The notes under the pieces were generated by a model. That model was given only the letters and a program-made list of their open reading frames with translations, made no database searches and was not told the DNA's origin. DNA of 61,620 nucleotides, the filler included, from Choristocarpus tenellus KU-1152 (Eukaryota; Protista; Phaeophyceae), in the NCBI GenBank assembly GCA_964200185.2. It is 12 parts of 12 records of this genome, joined end to end, with 100 filler letters (N's around TTAATTAATTAA, not from the genome) between each part and the next. Parts side by side here need not be neighbours in the genome. Positions count along the whole stretch, not along the records: positions 46,669 to 52,304 come from CAXNAD020010175.1; positions 52,405 to 55,807 come from CAXNAD020020271.1; positions 55,908 to 61,620 come from CAXNAD020009934.1; 9 more parts are not named here. One strand, written 5' to 3'. How positions within the stretch are numbered: position 1 is the first letter of the stretch; the number at the start of each line of letters is the position of its first letter. Positions 50,666 through 61,620 of this stretch are shown piece by piece. The translations under genes were made by a program, and so were the position numbers.

Positions 50666-50925
50666 GAGTGAAAGTATCTTAGAGGGTACAAGTTTTGACC
50701 TGTTTGTCCATTTGTGGCTTGGCTTCCCTCCGGGTTTTTTTTATGACATTTTCCTACTCCAAAATATTTCGGAGTAGCAAATTGTATACGTTATGAAAAG
50801 GTGTGTCGGAAACATGGATAGTGACACTTCCTATCAAGCACGATAGCCAAAATTACATCAAAATCGCAACATTGAACTTTGGCCCCCAAATGGACGTGGC
50901 TCTACCCTCTAAGATAATTTGACTC
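50666..50925 (+). mobile_element. MITE family A copy with TCTA target-site duplication
   Basis: tcta|GAGTGAAAGTATCTTAGAGGGTA...TACCCTCTAAGATAATTTGACTC|tcta. Confidence 0.92.
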
Positions 50926-52893
50926 TCTAGTATACACCATTTTGCTCAACTCACAGGGTGATTAATTACTGTTGGGTAACACATTGCAAGTACTAACCAT
51001 TGATTATTACTATTGCTACATTATCCATTCTGATAAGTCATATCTTACCACCATCAAGGAAGGCGCAAGTAAACTGTTTTGTTTCGTGTAGATAAGGCAA
51101 CATCATTTGAACTGCAAATCTCTACCAGCCCTTGATAAAGTGAGCGTGTATCTTGTGTATTTCCTGCTATCAATTCGTGGCTGTACATTCTGTGTGGATT
51201 GGACTCAGATAAGGCCGACAATTAGACTTACTGGGGTGATACCTTGGAAGTACTTTCTCAGTCAAGTCGAGAAAACATCATTCCTGAGAGAATAGATTGT
51301 TTAGTAGTGGATGTTGACACTACATATTTCCTCGTTGACTAAGGAAACTCGTTGAATGCATTGTAATGAGGCACTCAAGGTGATTTCACCCCGATGAGAT
51401 GGTGAGTTCCCAACGTACTGGGGTAACAAACTATCCAAAAGGACAGTATAACCCCTTACAGTGCACTAGTACATACACAGATGTGTATGTACGCAGTACT
51501 GTCACAAATACCTTCTGTATCCAACTTCTTCATTGCCTGGCCTGCTGACCCTCATTTCCATATTTAAAATACAAGACAATAGCATTCCAAATTGGATTAG
51601 GTATTAGTGGCAACTGATACGAGAAAAATTAAACGTACATGATGAATTTCTATAAAAAAGATTGCTCCAGAAAATCATCATATTCAGAAGGTTTCTATAA
51701 CTTTGAAGAACAAGGTCCCGAATGAACTTAACAAGTTCCAAATGCTTGGAACACTTAAGGGCTGTTAGCTTATCTATGCGTTCATTTAGTCTTGTGTCTA
51801 GATTTTCATGTTAAAAATTCCGAATGGGACTCTTGCAACCCTTTTCAAGACCGATCTCGAAAGGTATGAGATGCAGGTGTACATGTACTGAGTTCTCTCT
51901 TTAAGGTGCGTATGACTAAGAGTGGTAACAGTAGTTCAACATTATTGGAGTAGTAGGCGTGTATCTATTTTTGCGTGGAAGAGTTAGTTGCTGGATTCGA
52001 GGTAAGCTCACTTTTTGCTAGGTGGCAGTATGTTCCAACTAAATTAAATATATACACACAATACACTGGGTGAGTTCCGTGCATGAATGACTGACAAAAT
52101 CGTTTTCACTCCTCCAATCCTGACAGTTAATTCGTATTAGTGGGAGAATTATTTCAGATAAGTTGGCAACAGATGGATGATCATATGAAGTAAGTTGTGA
52201 GCTTTCTGACGGTAACCTGTCCTTCATTTTTGTGGGTTTTAATGGTACTTCAAGTTTTGAAGACCACACTACAATAGAATTGGCTCAAAATATCGGGGGT
52301 GGGGNNNNNNNNNNNNNNNNNNNNNNNNNNNNNNNNNNNNNNNNNNNNTTAATTAATTAANNNNNNNNNNNNNNNNNNNNNNNNNNNNNNNNNNNNNNNN
52401 NNNNAAAGGGAAAAAAAAAAAAACGGCGTGAATTTCGGTGGGAACACACACAAGCCATTTTTTTTTTGCAGAGGTTCTGGTCAAACATCGAGGTTGCTTA
52501 TTATTTTTATTTTTTTCCCATTGAGTTTTGGTTGTGTTGTTCCATCACACAATGGCGTTAAAACCTCTTATGATTTGTCCGGTAGGGTCATCACTTAACT
52601 GAACTGCATCGCAATCCGATTGCGTCATGGACGTTCAAGAACAAACCCCTAACACTGTAACACTAACACCTAACACTATGAATAAGAAAAAAAGAGCTAT
52701 AAACGGTATGATCAGTACAGCTTGTACTGTTAACAGTCAAATGTATAGTGTCATACTGGTCCACCAACTGATGACTTCCACAAGGAAGCTGAAAGCGATA
52801 TGATACATAAACATATATTAGTACATTAGTACATTAGTCAGCAGGTGGTTGGTCAGTGAAAGCGCTTCTACAAACTCTGTAGTAAAAGCTCAC

Positions 52894-54910
52894 CCTTTAG
52901 TCTCCCCCGGCCCAATAGAGAGCCATGGGAAGCAGTCAGCACCCTTTTGTCGGAAGTATACCCGATGGGTGGGATCAACATTCTCAATCAAGTAAGGAAT
53001 CTGATTGTAAACAATGCAAACCATGTCGGAGTGTCAGAATCAGATCAATCAGATCATTCAGGGAGAGAGAGAGAGAGAGAGAGAGCACTTGGTGGGAGAG
53101 AAGGATGGGTGTAAGCACACAATTAAACTGCAGTAGTGCAATCAGACACACAGACAACACACAACACCACAGTGGACCTTAAAGTGGCATTTGTACATAC
53201 ATACATTGGATAATAAAAAAAATGTATGTAGTATGTATGTAGTGAGTGGTCTACTTCCCTCAAGGATCACACACCCTAAGAATTGCAACGCCCACCTCAG
53301 AAGCATCTAGCTGGCTGATGACGACCACAATGGAGGCTGCCAAGGGGCGGAGCTCTACCTTGAGCAGCAACTCCTCAGAACTCTGTCAATATACATATAT
53401 ATTTTTGAATGGGGGATGACAGAGGTAATTGCTGAAATAATAAATAATAATATATATATGCATAAATATAAATCAGACATTAGTCCTTCACAAAGTCACG
53501 CTACACACACTGCAACAGAAATACCCAAACGCCTCCCTGATTTGCACCACATACACATTTTCAAGTGACAAAATGGTTCCATTCCGAGAGGCACATACAT
53601 AATGTTAGGGTTAGGTATGCAAGCAAGAACACACATACACACATACACACATTCTTATTCTTATTGTTGCTCTTGCACCCACTAAATATACAAAATATAC
53701 TGTATAGCTCAGATTTCCTTCCCAATATAAGGTCAGAACTTTATAGATACTAAATATACTGTATAGTGCTGTACACACACTCAGATACAAAAAACGTGCG
53801 CAGATCCAGATACAGCAATGTTGGCAGATAGAGGAGTCCATTTCCGTCCAAAGTCTTAGCAGTGGCAACGGAGGGCACCCAAGGTGACCCTCTTTTTGCT
53901 CACCTCATCTTGCTCATCTTGTTCTTCCTGATCATTATCATGATCATCCTGTCCATATCCGTCAGCGGTTTCAGTACCTCTATCTTCCATCTCATCAATA
54001 ATTTCATCCATGTCTCCCCCCCAAGCAGAGATCAGAGGGGCCCCGCCCCAGTGTCCCCGAATGGACTTGCGACCACCCTTCTCCCAGGAATCAATCCAAC
54101 TCTTCCTCTGAGAAGACAACTGTACCGATGCAACACAACACAACACAACACAACACAGTGTTTTTGCAGGTGACAAATACAAGAGATGGTCGTACTTTGG
54201 AGTAAATATTATATTTTTTCAGTGGCGTTACAGGAAGCAATGTTTGTTATATTATTCATGTGCACCACAATGCAGTCCTCATCAGAACTGGCTCTATGAA
54301 GTTTTTTTTTTGGGGGGGTTAATCAAGGGATTCAAGGGACTAAAGGTATTGCATGTGCATGGGCACGTGCATATATATAAAAATATGATACATATAAAAA
54401 TATATTTTTATCCCAACAAGAAAAAAAAGATGTAATGAAAAAAATGATACCAATCAACACAACTCCTACTTTCAGAGTGCTTCAAAATAAACTTCTTCAA
54501 GTGCCCTTTCATGCTTGGGAACACACTACAATAAATAGCAACATAAAAAAAAGTATGTGCATAGTTACTAATCCCCCACAACCCTCATAGAGCACAGACA
54601 CACACACACAGACACACACAGACACAAACGCTTTCATCCTAACCTCTGTTCTGAGACTGCTGTTCACGACCCTACCGCCACCGCCTCCCTTGTTCCCCCC
54701 CCCATCTCTGTCAAAAAAGACCATCATGTTATTGGAACTCCTGTCATGGTGAGACCTCTCGTTTTGTGTTGTGGCCAGGGTCATGGAGCTCTGAAGGGAA
54801 TCTCCCAACGGTGCAAATGAATCTGGCGAATCTTCTTGATCATTTGAATCACCAAATGGATCTGGCGAATCTAGCCCTGCACTGCGCCGGTCCATCTCCC
54901 GACGGAGTGC
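52894..54910 (-). CDS. VPS13: VPS13-family lipid transfer protein, internal exons (VAB/SHR-BD repeat)
   Basis: Exons 54910-54644, 54119-53904, 53382-53296 and 53000-52894, in phase. LLLKVELRPLAASIVVVISQLDASEIPYLIENVDPTHRVYFRQKGADCFPWLSIGPGETK matches the VAB pattern PYxIEN....I.F.Q......W..L.PG. Confidence 0.75.
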
Positions 54911-57900
54911 CTGTGTGTTATAGAACGTGTTATAGAACGTGTTATAGAATGTCATTGTATAACATTCCATGGAATCGAGTAACGGGGCCGGGGGGGATGG
55001 GGGTGTGGGAGGGATTTCAGTATCCTGCTCATGTTGATCACACCAGAAATAAGAGTTGTGAAACTGGAGTGCTTCAGTGTACTCAAATTGAATCAACATC
55101 TTGTTCTGCACTCAGCTCATCAGTTCTGTTTTTAATCTCAATAGAATCAAAAGAAAAATAAGGTAAAAAGAGTTTTGCGCGACAAGAGTATGCCACCCTA
55201 AGATTTTTTTTTTTTGACTGATTAATACAAAAAAAATTCAATTACCATCTCAATTGAATCGTCGCTATTGACAGCACCCATGCATGCGAAACGGAATAGA
55301 TTGTTATTTTTTTTTCTTCTTTTTGACAGAATTGTGTTTAGTGTACCTTAACACAACACCAAAACCAACATCACATACAGGCACACACAACATCACCAAC
55401 GTGTATAATAAAATATTATATATGTAATATTGTTGTGAGATACTATCAGTTACACAAAGTGGCTGGTGACTAAATCAACTAACATCATCACCATCACCAT
55501 CACATTCAAAGTGCAAGAATCAACACACCTTACAAACACATCCTTCAATTCAACTCGCCAACAAGGTCATACCAAAAATTGCTGCAAAATCAACCCTAAC
55601 CCTAACCACTATGACCTGTACGATGCTCACTAATCCCCCCCCCCCTCCCCCCCCCCCTCCCAAACCAACACCAAATCCAAGACCAGCGCATGCTTGGTTG
55701 CCTGGAGTCCTTCCCATCCACATCCTCAACCCCAAAACACTACTGCACCAAGCCCCCCCCCCCTCCTCTTCCCAATTATATATTGATATTACATAATGAT
55801 ATTATACNNNNNNNNNNNNNNNNNNNNNNNNNNNNNNNNNNNNNNNNNNNNTTAATTAATTAANNNNNNNNNNNNNNNNNNNNNNNNNNNNNNNNNNNNN
55901 NNNNNNNGGACACGCTAGTGTCGACCCCCCCCCCCCCCAGATACTTTGGGTCATTTGCACACATCACTCATACATGACTTTACAAATAACCAGTTGCAAA
56001 AGAGCACAATTGAACATATTGGACTCGAAAACTTTCACCTCCACATTTCAAGTAATACTCCAGACTATATAGACTCTATGTTCTGGCTCTCTTGTAGCAG
56101 CAAGTAGTGACTACTAAGTAACCCTGTTCCACCTATGTAGTGAATTTGCATGTGTTAGGCAAAAAAAACAGTATTCTCCCTCTATCCTCGCACAATACCA
56201 ATGAGTCACCTGCTGCCATGACCTACCACATTATACACGTCATCCCATGCTCATCTCAAACAAACATTTCCACCCCCTTTGTCCTCCTATCTGTTCTGCA
56301 ATTCCTAGGATAAAGCCTGATCAATCAACTACAAAATAGAATTGGTAAACCCCTGAGCAAGAAATATGACAAATGGGTTTGGTAAAAGTGTAGAACTTCC
56401 AAGTAGACCACATGAACCCCATCTCCCCCCCCCCCCCCCCCCCCACCGCACAAGGGCGGGGGGGGGACGGAGGCAGCACCTCGCGCGGGGCGCGCGACTA
56501 AAAAANNNNNNNNNNAAAATGTAAAACTTCCAAGTAAACCACATGAACCCCCCCCCCCCCCCCCCCCCCCTCCCCCCCTCAAGTTTTAAGTTTGACAATA
56601 AAATTTTCTGTTATTTGGACAAAGAGTGTACAAACTCGCTGGATCACAAACATTTGCACTTTCAACCTTCTGCCTGTAAAATTCATCAACGATATAGTCA
56701 TCCATTTACTTCTGTTTCTACGATTTCTTCCTTCTAAGCTCTAAAACTGGGCCAGTCCGTTCCCTTTCACAGTTTTCTTTCTCCTGCTCATGGGGGNNNN
56801 NNNNNNGGGGGGGGATGATAACCTGGGAAGACGATGGCGAGGGCACGGCATGATCTTGAAGAGTTGTGGTATCGACAGCAGGAAGTTCAGCACCTTCCAA
56901 CAATGCCAATGACAAGCACAGAAGTTGTGTGTGGCAGTTAATGGGATTGAATGATGAAATGATCGTGCATCTTTACCTACAAACATTTTTAAATAGTGTG
57001 CTCTGGTCATGGTTTCATGTACCCTTGCCTTTGACTTAGGACTAGCACATTGAATAAGGCTGAGCACAGCAGCTTCAAGGGCAGGCGGAGGCCTCTTCCA
57101 TCCATCCCTGTATTTTTACAACTACCTGGCTTGCGCTTCATATGCCAGTACAGTGCAGATAAAGACTGCCACCGCACACCACGCAGAGGAAATAACCTAG
57201 TGCCTCGTTTTCTTTCACATCCAGTGCAATAACCAGCAAGGCAATCTTACCTACATCAGGTAAGATAACCAAGGGTACAAACATTCATCCTCCTAAAAAT
57301 AAAAGTGTCGTAGTAATAATAGAAGTGCTGCAGTTCCAACAGAAAACAAAATTGCTTGACACTCCAACGTAAGTCGCCAAGCTGTCCGGAACAACGTGCA
57401 ACACCATTAAGGTCAAGATCGAAAACTGACGTACTCATTGCTATTCCAACAACTGAAAAAAATGAAATGGAGAAATGCTGTTGGCCTTCGCCTTGAAATA
57501 AAGTATTGCTGACACACCACCTCACATCATTCCCCCATCTGCAGTTGCCTATCAACAATCCTTGACCAAAATCATCAGTGTTTGAGTGATGTACTGCCAA
57601 TAATACCAACAATGATTGCTGCTTCACACCCTGCCTCTGCCTTCAAGAACTCTCAGATCTCCAGTAAGAATTGGGGAGTAATGGAAAGTCCTCGCAAACC
57701 ACTTTGTTGATTCTCTCCAACACAACAATGGAGAGCACCAAGAGCACCTCAAAAGAGTCAACAGAACAAAGATATGTGCTCCCTCAATAATGCATCATAT
57801 GTTGAACACAATGCTATAGTTGGTCAACGGAAGGGAATACAATGCATGCTTAGCGGAATGGGCATCTTCTCCTTCTTGACCAATAAAAAAAACTTGTCAA

Positions 57901-58691
57901 AAACAGTCCAGACACGGAACAAGCACAGAAAAAGAGACAATCTAGGACGGAGAACAGGGGTGGAATTTCTCACCTGGGGAATGAACATGAGCACAAGTGT
58001 CTTGCTGAAATGGCCATGTATTCCCACAACTTGGGGACCCAAAATCGGATGGGTGAGAAAAGGGAGCATTGGAGTGTTAGAAAGGTTTGAAGATTAAGGC
58101 GAGAGGAAGTGAGAACGATGACAGCGATGGCAGGAATGATGTAGTGGGAAGGGAGGGAGGGAAAGGGACAGGGTATATGTTTAATCAGGATGGATACAGG
58201 TGAGTTGCAGAGACATGAGACGAGAGGATACACTCTGAACATGTGTACAGCCAAAGCAAAACAAACGTTTTGATACCATCTCTCCTTCCTGTTCAACTCA
58301 TTTATCCACTAGGTTATGCCATGGTCTATGACCAATGTATCTGATCTATCGCCATTATACTAGGAAACAGCATATTTCTTGCACAAGCTTCAGTAGAACA
58401 GGTAGCATAAGTAGAGAAATTGGTACAACTACTCGAGTCCGAGTTAAGCGGATTCTCCTCAATGTTTTTTTGTTATTTTCGTTTTTTGAACTGTTTCCAT
58501 GTTTCTCAGCTCTATAGAAAACTTACAAATGGTTTATCTATGTGGTACTTCGGGCTGCATCTCCAGCAGTATTGCCAGTGTCCTCGAGGGTATTATTTAA
58601 TATTGCTGTGCCCAGTTTCAATCAAGCATTGAATATTAATTGCATCGTAGTTATTTGTACACAGATGGTTAAAATAAGAAATTAAAATAGA

Positions 58692-58771
58692 TGATCGCGG
58701 TGGGGTTCGAACCCACGAGTTTTCACATTGCGGCCTAAACACAACCCCTTAGACCACTCGGGCACACGATC
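58692..58771 (-). tRNA. tRNA-Leu (anticodon UAG)
   Basis: Reverse complement: GATCGTG TG CCCGAGTGGTCTAAGGG G TTGTG TTTAGGC CGCAA TGTGAAAACTC GTGGG TTCGAAC CCCAC CGCGATC A. All stems are present, with a long variable arm, discriminator A and a TTTT run downstream. Confidence 0.9.
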
Positions 58772-60554
58772 ACATACTGTATAAGTATGGATAGACAATT
58801 ATGGAGTATTCATACGAGTGTACCAAAATTGTATTATTCCAGGTTGAGTGTGTCTTACCAATTTTTGTGAAAGAAATATACACGTTCGAACTAGGTCAAG
58901 GGCAGAATTTCTTTTCAACGGAATCCGGTTTCAATGGACAACGTGGCAAGCACAGAAGGTACACCAGTATCCTCTAACTAGCATCATCGATATTTCATCA
59001 CTTCAGTATGTGGACCATCCTGATCTGTGGTCAGGCACTACAAAGTGCACTAAATTTTCGTAACTACTACAACTAGTGCACTATAAACAATTGCACCGCG
59101 TCCGTTTGTGCCTTGCTTTTTGCATGTGGGATTCATCTATCCCACCCCCCATCGTTTCTACCAATTCCCCTAAATCTTGCGCTGGATCTGCCTTGGCATC
59201 ATTTAGAAATGAGCAACGCTACCTAGTTCTTCGTCAAGCATTATTGAGGTAAGCGCAAGAGAGGATGATACACAGGTGCCCTATCTGTAGTTCTTGCCAT
59301 GAACACTTTTGACCATCAAAATATGATTTCTATGAAAAGATATCCGGCATTCATAGCATTCAAAACCGTGAAATTCATGCAGGACATACCCTTCAAAGCA
59401 TTGAGCCACAACGACACTCCTGTCTTATATGAACTCACAAAAATCCAAGGGCTTACACCAAAGTGACAGTTAGCCAGGGCAGCCCACGGCTCAGTTCTGT
59501 CACATTTACGAATGCCTGTCCCAGCCCGCCCCAAAAATGTATCATCCAGGTCAGCCTACCACCCAGTTTCGGCATTGCTCTTCGCCCTGGCCTGGTCCCA
59601 ATAAATCCCATTTTTCCTGAGGCGGTCCTATCAAAATTATACATAAACAGTCGCCTACCGGCAGTCCTGGCCTATTTTTCTTATTGATATTGATCTATAA
59701 TAAACATTCTATTATTACTGACTTACTGCAAAAAAATGCAAGAATGACATGTAGTGAAGAAGGGTCAAATAATTAATTACAATATAGTACACAATAAACA
59801 GGCACTCAAGACATTGCCCAAAAATATGTTTCTACTACACAATACATAGTATTTGTTTGCAGAACATACAAAGTCAGAACGCACTATTAGTACCATCATA
59901 AATATATACAACAGTAGTTTTTTTGGGAGTGTATATGCTCATATTTTCTATAGCAAGCGTTGAGTTTGACTGGAGAATAATTGTTATTTGCCTGTTGCTA
60001 CTGCACAATTTTCTTCTGTTGTTTCAATATATGAAATTAATTTCAAGAAGTGAGGACAAATACCGCCTTGCCAAACTCTTGTATATATACATACAGTATT
60101 ATGTTAGTGGTATCTGCAGTACCTATCTATTCATTGCATGCTCTTCACATTTCACTTTTTACACATATAATAATGAAAGCCGCCCAAAACCGAGATCTGA
60201 CCTGGTCCTTTCAAAGTATATACCTTCCTGAGCCAGCCCAGTGCCCAGTCCTGTCTAAATCCCTACAGCCCTGACTCGACCTTTGAAAAAAAAAATGTAC
60301 CAAACCAGCTCATGGCACAACTGCATTGCAACCACCCGGTACATTGCAGACTGTTGCAAAAATTGAAAGTGGAAGGCCTGAGTCATGGTCGCAAGGCTTC
60401 AGGGTTTTTGAATGGAAGCTAATGGGTTTCCAACTTGAAATCAGACTTCGGCAGAGCAGTATGACGTGCACTTACTGCAAACAGTACATGGTTCCATAAT
60501 ACACCATCAACAGTTTCTTACTCATACTGTACCACCAACTGACCTGAAACTCAA

Positions 60555-60810
60555 GAGTCAAAGTATCTTAGAGGGTATACCCGCGTCTGTTTGGGGGCCA
60601 AAATCCAATGTTTCCAATTTTGATGTAATTTTGGCTATTGTGTTTGTTAGGAAGTGTCAATATCCTTGTTCCAGATACACCTTTTCATAACGTATGCATT
60701 TTACATACTCCGAAACATTTCGAGTAGGTGAAATGTCGTAAAAAACCATGGGAACCCAGGACCCAACGGACAAACAGGGAAAACCCGTACCCTCTACAAT
60801 ACTTTCACTC
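60555..60810 (-). mobile_element. MITE family A copy with TCAA target-site duplication (opposite orientation)
   Basis: tcaa|GAGTCAAAGTATCTTAGAGGGTA...TACCCTCTACAATACTTTCACTC|tcaa. Confidence 0.92.
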
Positions 60811-60959
60811 TCAATTTCAAAATCCTGCGAGGCTTCACTGCAGTCAAGCGAGATCTGCACAAAATTCGAGGGAGAAGTTAGAGCAACGAGAAGTTAAATG
60901 GCTGAGCCCATCGCGCAAGAAAACATCAATGTACACACAGGATAGTAGTTTAATTAGTT

Positions 60960-61565
60960 ATTGTGCAACAGTTGGTTTGTACTTCTCCACTGGTTCCTCT
61001 GTGTTGGTCACTCCCACGTCTTCCTTCCGTCGCTGAATGGAATGAAAGAATCTCAGGTCGTTGATGTTGAGGTCAGGTGAGTTGACCGTGTCTCTATGAC
61101 AATGTCGTCCCCCACTGCCTCCTTAATTGCTCCCATGATCCCCCCCCTTGGTGTGTGACTTTGCCCCATCCTGCTGCACGGAGATGTGTGTCCTTCGGGG
61201 CTAGGCATGTGGGCTTTGATTGCTGGGATGATATCCTCAATCATGAGCTTCTTATACCTCTCGCCATCCACTATGGCTGGCACGAGCACGTTGATGCCCT
61301 AGGGGTGGTGTTTGCTGGAGTCCTGAGCGACCTTAGTGTCCAAAACTGACCAGATCCAGATTTTACCATTTAACCATATCCTGTGGTAGAATTTCCAAGG
61401 GCAGGCCACAGCTGCAAGGAACAACACCTTCGAAATGAAGTGCATATTCTGAGCCCGTGGGGGTTTGGGAGGGTCCTCAGAGGGGTGCAGATACACACTC
61501 TCTTTGAGGATGTAAAACCATTTCTCATCCACATGCACCCAGTCATATAGATCGTCCACACTTAT
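60960..61565 (-). mobile_element. Tc1/mariner (plant-mariner/DD39D-like) transposase pseudogene
   Basis: WVHVDEKWFY, ISKVLFLAAVACP, NGKIWIW and IIPAIK, then frameshifted QQDGAKSH and NSPDLNINDLRFFHSIQ. One stop and several frameshifts. Confidence 0.9.
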
Positions 61566-61620
61566 ACCCCCCCCCCCCTCCTGTGAGGGTGGTTGATCAG
61601 AAAAGTCAACCCAGTGACTT

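Noticed and set aside
56389-56580. Direct repeat GTA(G/A)AACTTCCAAGTA(G/A)ACCACATGAACCCC around a 10-N gap
   Set aside because: Most likely the same locus assembled twice on either side of a poly-C gap.

Overview
This is eukaryotic nuclear DNA from a photosynthetic, flagellated stramenopile, most likely a brown alga or close relative. That assignment is inferred from GT/GC-AG introns, bipartite plastid-targeting presequences, TAB2 and ciliary genes. The window is not one locus: it is 12 short contigs joined by an artificial 100-bp linker (N44-TTAATTAATTAA-N44), so adjacency across linkers means nothing. Recognisable spliced genes, mostly partial: a V-ATPase Ac45/VOA1-like last exon; MTA/SAH nucleosidase head-to-head with a CinA-like/HIGH-nucleotidyltransferase; a plastid-targeted protein; TAB2; a PHD-like/Tudor chromatin protein; complete CFAP206; CEP41 divergent from an IQ-motif protein; VPS13 exons; tRNA-Leu(UAG). 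Mobile DNA includes Copia, MULE-like and mariner remnants, plus two related MITE families that look Sola-like (4-bp TSDs confirmed for family A). The most notable item is hidden from the ORF track by splicing: a gene of at least 12 exons (19978-26172). It encodes an HTH-like region, a C4HC3 PHD-like finger and a beta-class N6/N4 DNA-methyltransferase-like fold whose catalytic motifs have degenerated. It has three in-frame TAA/TAG codons but no frameshifts. All exon models and family assignments were made by eye, without database searches.
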